A model generated the notes under the pieces. That model did no database searches. It was not told the DNA's origin and was given only the letters and a program-made list of their open reading frames with translations. DNA of 63,450 nt, the filler included, from Trichomonas gallinae (taxonomy: Eukaryota), in assembly GCA_008369845.1 (NCBI GenBank). It is 7 parts of 7 records of this genome, joined end to end, with 100 filler letters (N's around TTAATTAATTAA, not from the genome) between each part and the next. Parts side by side here need not be neighbours in the genome. Positions count along the whole stretch, not along the records: positions 39,911 to 44,685 come from MRSU01000781.1; positions 44,786 to 47,546 come from MRSU01000787.1; positions 47,647 to 49,657 come from MRSU01000789.1; positions 49,758 to 53,808 come from MRSU01000794.1; positions 53,909 to 63,450 come from MRSU01000803.1; 2 more parts are not named here. One strand, 5' to 3'. This document shows positions 43,562-54,544 of this stretch, piece after piece (position 1 is the stretch's first letter; each line of letters starts with the position of its first letter). Made by a program: the position numbers and the translations under genes.

Positions 43562-44685
43562 ATGCAGTCACCAATTATAGTTCTTAATCAAACACAGAAG
43601 CGCGAAAACGGCCGTAAGGCCCAGCTTTCCTGCATTCAAGCCGGAAAGATGACAGCTGACATCATTCGAACATGTTTGGGCCCACAGGCAATGCTCAAGA
43701 TGATTCTTGATTCTATGGGCACCCTTGTCATAACAAACGACGGCAACTCTATTCTTCGTGAAATTGACGTTGCTCATCCAGCAGCTAAATCTTTAATCGA
43801 ACTCGCACGCGGTCAAGACGAGGAAGTCGGCGATGGTACAACAACAGTTGTTGTTCTTGCAGGTGAAATTCTTGCCGTTCTTGAGCCACTTCTCAAGATG
43901 AACATCCACCCACACGTTATTGTCGCTGGCCTTCGCAAAGCTCTCGATGATGCACTTGCTCATCTCGAGAAGATCAAAGTTCCAATTGATAACACATCCG
44001 ATTCTCAGATGCTTTCGATTATCAAATCTGCAATCGGCACAAAGTTCCTTGTTAAGTGGTCTGATCTTATCGCTAAGCTTGCTTTAGATACAGTCCGCCT
44101 TATCCGCACAGAAGACGGCTTCGTTGACCTCAAGCGCCAAGTTCGTATCGAACGTATCATTGGCGGCGAGCTCGAAGACTCATACGTTATGCACGGTGTC
44201 CTCATCAACAAGGACGTCGTCCACTCACACATGCGCCGCCACATCGAGAAACCAAAGGTTTTGATCCTCGATAGCGGCCTCGAATACAGGAAGGGCGAAT
44301 CTATCACAACAATCGAAATCACAGGCGAAAACGACTACGCTAACATCCTTGCCGAGGAAGAACAGCAAGTTCGCCAGATGTGCGAAGCAGTTATCGCAAC
44401 AGGCTGCAATGTCGTCTGCGTTGAGAAGGGCATCAGCGATCTCGCCTGCCACTACCTCGCTGAGGCTGGTATCACAGCTCTCCGCCGTTTCCAGCAAGTC
44501 CAATTAGATCGTATCGCAGCTTGCACAGGTGCAACAATCGTTACGCGCCCATCAGAAGCTACAGAGGCTGATCTCGGCACAAAGTGCGGCGTCTTCGATT
44601 GCCGCAAGATCGGTGACGAATTCTGGTCATTCTTCGATGAATGCGAGAATCCAAAGGCCTGCACAATGGTCCTCCGCGGCCCATC
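43562..44685 (+). CDS. CCT3: Chaperonin CCT/TRiC subunit gamma, 3'-truncated by gap
   Basis: MQSPIIVLNQ..RENGRKAQ, IRTCLGPQAMLKM, TNDGNSILREI, QDEEVGDGTT, PKACTMVLRG. Inr TCATTT at 43549. Confidence 0.95.
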
Positions 44686-44785
44686 NNNNNNNNNNNNNNN
44701 NNNNNNNNNNNNNNNNNNNNNNNNNNNNNTTAATTAATTAANNNNNNNNNNNNNNNNNNNNNNNNNNNNNNNNNNNNNNNNNNNN
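44686..44785. other. Assembly gap spacer
   Basis: N44-TTAATTAATTAA-N44. Confidence 0.98.
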
Positions 44786-44950
44786 GAATGCATTATTTGT
44801 AGGTGAAGGACCTGATTCAATTCTGACACAAGACGATGGCATCTCGAAATTAACTGCATTCGATACACTGATAAGAACTGTATGATCCTCATCGGCCCAA
44901 TTTTCAACAGGTTGTATTATTCATGGCTTGTACAAAAGCCATAAAAACTT
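44786..44950 (-). pseudogene. 5' fragment of a probable BspA-like gene with damaged start, truncated by gap
   Basis: Frame reads (AAG)FLWLLYKP*IIQPVENWADEDHTVLISVSNAVNFEMPSSCVRIESGPSPTNNAF, like BspA mature N-termini. No in-frame start ATG before the TGA. Confidence 0.4.
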
Positions 44951-45148
44951 TTAAAATTATGTCACTTTTTGAAAACTGACAATATTTATGTCATGTAAAC
45001 TGAATTATTGTCAAAAAAAAAATCAAATTAGTGATTTAGTTATTATATATCCTAGTAAATAGATTTTTTTGAATTACACTCAAAAATATTAGAATTCAAA
45101 AATATGTCCCAATATTTTTGACATGTCAGTTTTTATTATTTGTAAAAA

Positions 45149-47041
45149 ATGATCAAATCCATTCAAGCTATTGAAATTCCTGAAAAATTAAAGCCTATTG
45201 TTGATGTATTTGATCTAATTGAGACTATCGACAAGGATAATTTAGAAAATGTTGGTCAGCAAGTTGTTGCATTTTTGAAATCTTATGAATCCGAAAAATC
45301 TTTGATTATTAACTTCATTGGTGACTTAGCTTCTTCACATCCTAGGCAAGGCGAAGCTTTAGCAGATCTTTCAGTAATAGTTTATAATGAATTTTTCAAA
45401 GGTGTTCAAAGGAAGAAAATTGAAAATATGAGCGAAGAATTTGTTCAACTTCTCGATTACACTAAAACTATAGAGCCAAGTGAAGAAGAAGACGATGATG
45501 AATATGAAGATGAGCCAATAATTCAATATTATGATCCAAGCAGTCTTGAGTTTGCTTTGATTCATGATAATATTGAAGTCTTACAAACACAGTCAACAAA
45601 ATCTAATTTCAAGGTCAATAAAGAAATAGATGATGTTTCTCTTATAGAATATGCAGCACAAAACGGTTCAATTAACTGCTTCAAATTATTGCAAGAAAAA
45701 GGAGCAAAACTGACAGATAAAATCGATTATTATGCATGCTTAGGAGGAAATATTGAAATCGCCGAGATTTTACTCTCTAAAGGATATAAGTTCAATGAGT
45801 GCTTTGAATATGCTATTAAATCACACAACAATAAATTTGCTGATTGGTTACTCGCTCAAAATATTGAATCAAAAGATATTACTGTCGCTGAATGCATCAA
45901 TAACTTAAATATTCGCGCTTTTCTTTTCTTCTTGGCAAACAATGGAAACATCAATGATCGCGATATATCGACTGATGATGATGACGATTATGAAGATGGT
46001 GATACTGCACTTATGTATGCTGCACAATATGGATCAAAATTGCTTGTTGAATTCATCGTTGATAATGGTGGAGATGTCAAAATGTTAAATTTCTACAAGA
46101 ATGACGATAAACTTGATAAAACTGCTTTGCATTTCGCCTGTGAAGCTGAATCTGTACCTGTTGTTAAACATCTCATTGAAAATGCAGCAGCTGTTAATGC
46201 TAGAGCTCTACCTTCTCGCCAACGTGATTCAAAAGATCACAGTGACAGATTTTTCGGTGAGACTCCATTCCATGTTGCTTGCAGATTAGGAAACATCGAT
46301 ATTTGTAATGTTTTACTTGAAAATGGTGCAGATATCAATCTCGCATGTGAAAATGGTGAATTATCATTGTTCCCAATTCATTTTGCATGCATGAGTGGAA
46401 ATCTTGAAGTTGTTCAAAAATTGATCGAATTGAAAGCTGACGTCAATGCAAAATGCAATGCAAAAATCCAGCCAATTCATTATGCAGTTCAATCAGGAAA
46501 TGAACAAATCATTTCTCTTCTCCTTTCTTATGGTGCAGATATTAACTCCAAAGCAATAAATTACGGCAAAAAATCGCATGGTGTTACACCACTTCACATT
46601 GCAATATTAACTCATTCTATTGAAATGGTTGAATTCCTAATGGAAAACTCAGCAGATGTCAACGAAAAGATCGGAGTATTTAATGGAAAGAAGAATTTGC
46701 ATCCAGTTCAATTGGCAACAATCGAAGATTGTCCAGGAATTGTCGAAAAGCTTCTTGAAAATGTTACAGACGTAAACATCCAAGATGACAATGGAATGAC
46801 AATGATGATGACTGCTGCTGATAACAAAGCATATGAGATTGCAGAGATGCTTATTGCTAAATCTCCTGATCTTAAAATAATAGATAACAGGAAATTCACA
46901 GCGTTTGCTTATGCAAAAAGAGCCAAAGCAGAAAAAATTGTAGATTTAATTGCCAAGAATGGTGGTAATGTTAACCCTAACCCAAATAACAAAAAGAAAC
47001 AAAATTCTGATGATTTGAAATTGAAATCTTTATTACTATAA
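45149..47041 (+). CDS. DUF3447-type ankyrin-repeat protein (630 aa)
   Basis: SLIEYAAQNGSINCFKLL, ACLGGNIEI, AIKSHNNKFADWL, followed by multiple TxLHxA ankyrin repeats. Confidence 0.93.
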   Translation: MIKSIQAIEIPEKLKPIVDVFDLIETIDKDNLENVGQQVVAFLKSYESEKSLIINFIGDLASSHPRQGEALADLSVIVYNEFFKGVQRKKIENMSEEFVQLLDYTKTIEPSEEEDDDEYEDEPIIQYYDPSSLEFALIHDNIEVLQTQSTKSNFKVNKEIDDVSLIEYAAQNGSINCFKLLQEKGAKLTDKIDYYACLGGNIEIAEILLSKGYKFNECFEYAIKSHNNKFADWLLAQNIESKDITVAECINNLNIRAFLFFLANNGNINDRDISTDDDDDYEDGDTALMYAAQYGSKLLVEFIVDNGGDVKMLNFYKNDDKLDKTALHFACEAESVPVVKHLIENAAAVNARALPSRQRDSKDHSDRFFGETPFHVACRLGNIDICNVLLENGADINLACENGELSLFPIHFACMSGNLEVVQKLIELKADVNAKCNAKIQPIHYAVQSGNEQIISLLLSYGADINSKAINYGKKSHGVTPLHIAILTHSIEMVEFLMENSADVNEKIGVFNGKKNLHPVQLATIEDCPGIVEKLLENVTDVNIQDDNGMTMMMTAADNKAYEIAEMLIAKSPDLKIIDNRKFTAFAYAKRAKAEKIVDLIAKNGGNVNPNPNNKKKQNSDDLKLKSLLL

Positions 47042-47546
47042 TTTATTATGTTGAGATTTGGTGATTATCATAACTTTATTGTTCCGTTAATAATAATTAT
47101 AACTATTTTAACTTGAAATTAAAATATCAAAATAAAATATTCAAAAGAATATAATTTAATATTTATTTTATGTCAATATTAGTGTATATATAAACTTTGA
47201 TTAATAATTCAGGTAGATTTTATTTAATTTTTCAAAATTTTCAATTAATATAAAAATAAATTAAAATAATTGATAATTTAAATAAGATGGATTCACGACT
47301 TAATTTTATATCTTCTTCAATGCATTATGGCCCAGGAAATCTAGAAAAATAAAAACTTTCAAATTTTTGGATTTGTAAAATAGTGAATTTTATAAAATTA
47401 CAAAAACAAAAAACATTATGTATGAAGTCAATGATGTTGGATATATGATATCACATGTATGAATAATGATTAAGGGTCGACCGACATACTCACTTTTTGA
47501 ATGCCCCTGCTTTAAATTTTAGAACTTGCGCTTACAATTTTGAGCC

Positions 47547-47646
47547 NNNNNNNNNNNNNNNNNNNNNNNNNNNNNNNNNNNNNNNNNNNNTTAATTAATT
47601 AANNNNNNNNNNNNNNNNNNNNNNNNNNNNNNNNNNNNNNNNNNNN
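47547..47646. other. Assembly gap spacer
   Basis: N44-TTAATTAATTAA-N44. Confidence 0.98.
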
Positions 47647-47899
47647 GTTTTTACTATAATTAATGATAAAAGTTTTTACCCCCCCCCCCCATTTATTTTT
47701 AATAGACCCTAAAATATTTCACATGCTTTTAAATTTCGAGAGCTAACTTGATTATGATATTATATTTTAAGTTTACAATTTATGCTTTCGAAAAATAACC
47801 AGTGATTATGTCTTTCTTTCGGTTTTTGTAAACAAAAAGTTAGTAAATATGATTAAAATTAATTTTTTATTTAGTCATCTCATGGATATGCGATGAGGA

Positions 47900-48148
47900 T
47901 CATATCGATGAGCTCCATTTTTGTCTTCGCCAAGAGAACCGCATTGGCAAGGATTTCTCTTTTGGAAGCGCCTTGTGGGCTTCTTCCTCTTGCATTTGAC
48001 ATGCTTCGCAACTGGGCCCAGTTCGCAACTGGGCTGGTTCAGGAGCCGCTTGTGCTGTTGTACGCTTCTTATGGTGCTTCTTCGGTGGGGTCTTGACTTC
48101 CTCTTCCTCGGAGTAGTACTCGTGAGCATTGTTGGCTTTGCTGGTCAT
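47900..48148 (-). CDS. Possible small charged orphan protein (MTSKANN...)
   Basis: GC-richer ORF with acidic and basic blocks (SEEEEVKTPPKKHHKKR) and CxxC. No recognisable family. Confidence 0.35.
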   Translation of the reverse strand: MTSKANNAHEYYSEEEEVKTPPKKHHKKRTTAQAAPEPAQLRTGPSCEACQMQEEEAHKALPKEKSLPMRFSWRRQKWSSSI

Positions 48149-48324
48149 GCTTGCAAATGTCACCTTTGCAGGTTTTACCCTATTTACCCTCACTGCCTAC
48201 ACTGCAGGCATAATCGTAAGTATTCAATATTGAATAGTTTTTGGACCACAGTGCTTGTTTTACCCTTTTTACCCATAATGCCTGCATGTCAGGCAATAAC
48301 GATAGAAATTTCATTTAGACACTA

Positions 48325-48708
48325 ATGTCAACCCTTACTGAAGAAGCACTTCTTGCAATCGAAGTAAATGAATCTATTAGGGAGTATCTCTTCCTTACCT
48401 TCAGTGGTAGTCAGCTTACAGGTTACAGATTCTCAAAGACAGCCATGCTCAGGATGGAACAATTGTCTGACGTACCATTACTGATTAATCTTGAAGGCGT
48501 TGAATCTGCCGAAGAATTGCTTAAGCGCAAGCGTGAAACTATGACTGCATTTATTTACAAACACCCATGGTTAAGGTTTGACAACCAATACCCCTGCAAC
48601 CAGTTGACTCCAATCCTAAGGATGTTCAACAGACACTGCAGGAACAGTAATGGATATGGTTTGGCTATTTCGCCAGACGGAGATTTGGTAAGGTTTGATG
48701 AAAAGTAA
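48325..48708 (+). CDS. Orphan hypothetical protein (127 aa)
   Basis: ATG preceded by TCATTT; protein-like composition; no family recognised. Confidence 0.6.
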   Translation: MSTLTEEALLAIEVNESIREYLFLTFSGSQLTGYRFSKTAMLRMEQLSDVPLLINLEGVESAEELLKRKRETMTAFIYKHPWLRFDNQYPCNQLTPILRMFNRHCRNSNGYGLAISPDGDLVRFDEK

Positions 48709-48847
48709 TTAGGAATAAAAACTAACGTTTACTCACTTGTTTTTAATCTTTAACAGACTTGTCTTTGGCGACAGTATAATCGACTAATGGTGTCTTGTCA
48801 CTCAGACCATTGAACATCATGAACATGACACTTTTCTCACACCGATA

Positions 48848-49348
48848 ATGTCCAGAAATCAGGTGCAAATACAGGAAGTATTCACTCCTTGGACTGATGA
48901 TGAGTTTAATGCAATACTAGATTCTATAGAAAATGATATAGACATCGAGTTAATTGCATTTCATCAGACAATACAAAAGAAATATGAAGATTTAAGCAAC
49001 AAAATTAATAACCACAAGGAAGAACAGTCGACACTAGAACCTGAAGAACGAAGATACATGCAAATTAATCGTTCAATTCGTACATTAAAGACTAAACGTC
49101 GAAATTTGGAAGTTGTAAGCAAGCACATAAACAGCATGCGCCAAACATACCAAATCTATCTCCATATGAGAGATTTACCATCAAAGAAGAAGATATTTGA
49201 CGAAATTACACCGATCTTGCTAGAGACCCAAAAGAAGCTCATTGGTGACCTAGAGTACGAGATGCCAACGCCAGAATACGAAGCTCTACCTTCTATCATT
49301 AGTTTCATAAAAGCTGAAGATTTCTTCTTCATTTTCAAGATTAGGTGA
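48848..49348 (+). CDS. Orphan helical/coiled-coil hypothetical protein (166 aa)
   Basis: ATG preceded by TCAC; helical composition; no family recognised. Confidence 0.6.
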   Translation: MSRNQVQIQEVFTPWTDDEFNAILDSIENDIDIELIAFHQTIQKKYEDLSNKINNHKEEQSTLEPEERRYMQINRSIRTLKTKRRNLEVVSKHINSMRQTYQIYLHMRDLPSKKKIFDEITPILLETQKKLIGDLEYEMPTPEYEALPSIISFIKAEDFFFIFKIR

Positions 49349-49657
49349 ATCATCGAAACATTTCCATGTGTTTGTATGGGACATGAAGTATTTGGCTAGA
49401 TTGAAGTTGTTTTCTTTAGTGAATTGATCAATTGGAATTTGTTGAAAAACATTAAATATGGGAAGGTTCAAAAAATGCGAAGAAAGGGGCCGCTTTTTTC
49501 GTCCCAGCAAAATCAGGAAGGATTTGAAACCTGAAACTATAGGGGTATATCGGGGGTACATAATGGTATATCTACACCGGTGTGTTGCATCAGATGCATT
49601 TCAACGAAAGTTGTGTTTAGAAGATGTAAAATAGTACAGCAGGTGGTATAAAATGTG

Positions 49658-49757
49658 NNNNNNNNNNNNNNNNNNNNNNNNNNNNNNNNNNNNNNNNNNN
49701 NTTAATTAATTAANNNNNNNNNNNNNNNNNNNNNNNNNNNNNNNNNNNNNNNNNNNN
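49658..49757. other. Assembly gap spacer
   Basis: N44-TTAATTAATTAA-N44. Confidence 0.98.
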
Positions 49758-49813
49758 GCACCGATCTGGTTGCCGCACTGTCCAGCTTGGATGTGAACGA
49801 TTTCACGAACCAT
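49758..49813 (-). CDS. TUBB: Beta-tubulin, 5' fragment truncated by gap
   Basis: MVREIVHIQAGQCGNQIG. Inr TCATT immediately upstream. Confidence 0.95.
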
Positions 49814-51246
49814 GTGTAATGATTAAAAACGTATTTGCGGTTTATCTCAATTATTTCTTTTGAAAACGTTTACAATTTTTTATAATTTATTTTCGCTTTT
49901 TTCCTTCATCTTTGGACTCTTTATGTCTTTATATACTCATATATTGAATTTCAGACAAAATCATTTTTAACGGCTGTTTTTTAAAAACTGATTATTACGC
50001 GAAATATGAGCATATAAACACTTTGTTAACATATATTTTAAGTTTTAAGCGATTTTACTAAAATTTGAAATGAGAAATCGATTTTATTGCAGAATAGTGA
50101 TTTATTAAATATATCTAATATATTTTTCATTTTTTAATTGTTTATCATGCAAAATTCTTGTCTGTAAACAAGGAATAGGCAATTTTGGTAAGATTGTTTT
50201 AATAAGGAATCAGCGATAAACATATCCTGAAATAACCAGCTGACAGAAATCAATTTTTTGAGATTCAAATTTGAAAAAGGAAGAGGAAAATCAATATAAA
50301 CTAGCAATAATTATTTAACTAATGAAAATACAGCTGAATTTCAATGGATATCAACGAAAAAGTCAAATATATGAACTCCATGAATATTTCAGAAATGAAA
50401 TGGCAAATACAACAAAAATTGACATAAATAATTAAGGTTAATTTTCTGATTTTTCTCCATTAGAAATCCTCAATGATTCAGAGGAAAATTATTCAGAAAT
50501 ATTATTTCAGTTCTCATAAAATATCTATATATATTGTTTAAATAGATTGTGTATGAATGAAACATGTTCAAATCAATTCAATTTTGATAAATATAGAACC
50601 TTTCGATCTTTATCAATTTCGTACTAATAGATGATGAAGTTTCTGTGATTGATGATACTATTTATTCAATGTAAATCGTTGAAATTTGTAGTTCATATCT
50701 ATTGTTACATTTTTCACTGTCTTTTATTTGGTGATGAAATATAAACATCAATTAAAATCGAATTATGGTGAATTTAATCTATCATACGACTTACAACATA
50801 CAAAATGAAAATCATTCTCACCACGGTTTTGATTATTTGATATTATTTCATATATATATGTGAGGAAATTTCCTTCTATAACAATATACATGAAAAACAT
50901 AAGAAAAAGTCAATTTTCTCCTAAAGAAATTAATTGATCTCATATTTTTCATGTGATTCCTTATTAAAATAAAAATATAATGGGCTGTGTGGCGATTCCT
51001 ATCATTGTGTTAAACTCAAAGAGTATGGCTTTTTGATGAATTACAAATTGAAAAACAAAAACTTCGCAAAAAATAATAAATTTATACTAAATAATAACGC
51101 ACGAATTGAATACATTTGCATGATAAAGGTAATATTACTTGAAAATACGAACAAATTAAAACATGAATTACAGGACTGGATCAAATAGATGCTGAAATGC
51201 ATCATATAAACGAGAACATAGCATAGATAGCTATGAATATGCGTAC

Positions 51247-52332
51247 TTACTCGTTCAGAACTAAATTGGAATCAAATGATTTGTTAGGTTTGATCGGAGG
51301 CAATGGCTGTTGTCCAATGATGAACAGAGATGATCTGCGCAGCAACTTTCCATGATTACCCCTGTTGACCATAGATCTAGCCTGCTCTTTTGGACTTGGA
51401 CTGATCTTTCTCTGAATCTTTGTCATGATGTAAGCTTTAATCTCAGAATTCTCATCGATGTGGAGCAATCCTGCATAGTTTTCGGCATTTTTATTATAAT
51501 TCGATGATGAAAATACTGTATAAAGTAATCCATCCCAGTGTTTACAGATGCCACCTGCAACACATTGATGTCCTCTGATAATTTGCTTCATTTGGGATGT
51601 TTTAAGGAACTCCATGGTAGAATTTAATCCAAAGTAGTTTCCTGTACCTCTGTTTGACGGCAAATAGTGAGTTATACCATTCAATGGATCACTCCAAAGC
51701 AAATCTTTGATCATTGGTGTAAAGTCATTTGAATAAAGTGGACGTTGAATCTTCCTTATTTGAGATATGTCGGATAAATATTCGGATATACCTCCATGGA
51801 CGCAGAATATTGTTTTGTCAACAATTGCAGCAAGCGGTAAATAGTTAAACATATGTTCAAATCTCATGAACATTGTGTCATCATATGTTTGCAAAACTTC
51901 CTGTTTGAATCCGTAGACTGAACTGACAGATAACTCTTCATGATTTCCTCTAATTAAGAAAACATGCTGAGGATAAGCGCATTTAAGGGAGCAAAGAAGC
52001 GTAATAACCGGGATGGAGTATTCACCCCGGTCAACATAGTCACCCAAGAAGAGCATTTTCGTATCTGGAGGGAATCCAATATTCTTCAAAATGTTCATAA
52101 GATCAATAATATTTCCATGAACATCGCCAATGACATATATAGGGCCAGTTAGCTCCATTACTATATCATCTTGCATGAGATATTGAATAGTTTTTTCGAT
52201 TAACTTATTTACGATTTCTTCGCTGAAAACAGGGATTTGCGTTGCAGGATCGAACTCACTGATGTTGAACGTGGGACTAAAAATCGTTTTATTGTAGAAC
52301 TCGAAGATATCAGATGAGAGATATTCTGCCAT
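51247..52332 (-). CDS. PPP-family Ser/Thr protein phosphatase (PP1-like, 361 aa)
   Basis: GDVHG, GDYVDRG, RGNHE, HGG, DLLWSDP, RGHQ and FSSSNY motifs. Confidence 0.95.
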   Translation of the reverse strand: MAEYLSSDIFEFYNKTIFSPTFNISEFDPATQIPVFSEEIVNKLIEKTIQYLMQDDIVMELTGPIYVIGDVHGNIIDLMNILKNIGFPPDTKMLFLGDYVDRGEYSIPVITLLCSLKCAYPQHVFLIRGNHEELSVSSVYGFKQEVLQTYDDTMFMRFEHMFNYLPLAAIVDKTIFCVHGGISEYLSDISQIRKIQRPLYSNDFTPMIKDLLWSDPLNGITHYLPSNRGTGNYFGLNSTMEFLKTSQMKQIIRGHQCVAGGICKHWDGLLYTVFSSSNYNKNAENYAGLLHIDENSEIKAYIMTKIQRKISPSPKEQARSMVNRGNHGKLLRRSSLFIIGQQPLPPIKPNKSFDSNLVLNE

Positions 52333-53808
52333 TTAAAAATTACAAATATATTTGATAAAGGACATAGAAAATTTTAAATATTCAAAATATTTCTTACATT
52401 TTTCCCTGCTTTTTTTAAATAATCTAACACCCAGTTTGTCTATTTACAAAATCTAGTTTAAGCATTTTAGCTCAGAAAAATATTGATCGCAAAAATGCAC
52501 TTATCTAAATAGTATTTAAAATAATCTAGAAATTAGACATTTTTGATCCCGTCTTTACAAATTTTACATTTTGACAAATTTCAAATAAATAGACATTTGA
52601 ATTAGACTAATATTAGGAATTCAAATATACAAAAATTTTTTCTCTAACTTTTATTTTTGGGGAGTTTGAATAAAAAAATTAAATAATCCACACAATAATA
52701 GGCGAAATAAGGATGAACATCGTCATTCAAGTTCATTCATCTGCTCAAAATCTTTCGAACGGGCTATTTACAAAATTAATTTGAAGCTGGTAGAAAGTTT
52801 TGTGGATTAAATCTCATGCGTGGATGCTTTTCGTCTTGCCAATTCCGTAATGATCTCATTATTTGATTTTTTATCTTTTTAAAATTATTCTTCATATTAG
52901 TAACTATGCTGTTATTCTAAAAATCTAAAAATTATTAAAATGGGTCACTGTTCAAATTTTGTTACACATTGAAAATCGACGTTGTGCATTCGTCCTTCTG
53001 CTCAACGGCAAATTTTCCAGATAAATACGAGTTCCTCATTTTTTATTGGAGATCAAAACTGTTATGGAATCATGTTTATAACAATATCATGGTGTTTTCA
53101 TGTTTGAACTTGAATATATGTCTGAAAAACTGTATATATTTGAACACTTTAATTATGCTAGAATAATACTCTGTTGGCTTTCACAATTGAAGGATTCGAA
53201 CAATATAATCGAAATAAGCCAGTTAAACATCATAAATATATTATATAGTATGATTCTAACAAATCGATCAATTTATAGCTATCTATTTCCATAATATTAA
53301 TTTGTTCATATCAAAATATTGTTTTCATATACTAGCTTTCGCATACAAATAACTTTTCGTGTGATTATATTAGAAATGGATGTGTTAACTTATCTACCTG
53401 TAAATAACCATAATTTCAAAATCGAAATGAACTATTTGTACTTCCACCAAAAAATTGTAATATTGTAATGCCAATTATATTTCATTATGAAGCTGTTAAC
53501 ACATCATTCGAATCAATATTTGCATCTCATTGCGTAAACTATACATTTCAATCTCACTAGGCCTATTTTGTTGATTTCACAATATAAACTTATCAAGTTT
53601 GGGAAAAATATTGATCGAATTTATTATATGCGATATGATATGAAAATAAGATTGAATTCAATCATAAATCTTTGTAAATATTAGTGCTTCAAAAGATGAA
53701 TAGCTCTAAATTGATGTTTTTAAATCAAATTTTCATCTATATTATTATTGTACTTTTCTAGGGGTTTTTACCTGAGGATGTAGTAAATATATATAGTTTC
53801 ACTTTTCC

Positions 53809-53908
53809 NNNNNNNNNNNNNNNNNNNNNNNNNNNNNNNNNNNNNNNNNNNNTTAATTAATTAANNNNNNNNNNNNNNNNNNNNNNNNNNNNNNNNNNNN
53901 NNNNNNNN
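53809..53908. other. Assembly gap spacer
   Basis: N44-TTAATTAATTAA-N44. Confidence 0.98.
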
Positions 53909-54021
53909 CGACCGACTGGGAACTGAAGACCGGCACGGGATGAACGTGTCTTTGGATGCTGGCGTTCACCGTCAACGGCTGTCTTTGTAGCTGTCTTTTT
54001 AACACCCTTCTTAGCTGGCAT
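53909..54021 (-). CDS. H2A: Histone H2A, 5' fragment truncated by gap
   Basis: MPAKKGVKKTATKTAVDGERQHPKTRSSRAGLQFPVGR contains the H2A signature. Confidence 0.95.
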
Positions 54022-54162
54022 TAATAAATAATGAACTGACTTTCATGCCGCCAAACTCAAAATTTAATCATTCAAAAAATATGGGACCTAAAATGGCATT
54101 ATGAAAAAAATTTTCATTTTGCCACTTTGTACCCATCAATTTTGATACGAGGTCAGTCTCTG

Positions 54163-54174
54163 TTTGGCGCGAAA
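54163..54174. promoter_or_regulatory. Palindromic E2F-type site TTTCGCGCCAAA upstream of histone H2A
   Basis: Plus strand TTTGGCGCGAAA. A second site, TTTGGCGG on the minus strand, lies at 54048-54055. Confidence 0.6.
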
Positions 54175-54544
54175 AGTGAGAAAATCATTTTATACAACAA
54201 CTCTAATTAGCTTAATTTACTAATATTCTCATAATAAAAATCCAGTTTATCATCAAATTTTTCATTTATCAATAATTTACCAAAATAATCTCTGTTTTAT
54301 CTGATTCACATGTTTGTATGAAACAATAAGCTCATATCTCCATTTCTAGCACTTATGCACAAAGATTTTGATATAATTACATCATTATTCGTCGAATTAA
54401 ATTTCATTAATTAAAAGAGTTGAGATTAAGACTAAATGCAATTATAGATCTATCCAAATGGATGATAAGATTCGATTTAAAACATTAATGAATAAACAAA
54501 TACGTTTTTAAATAATAAATATAACAAAATAACAGAAACACAAG

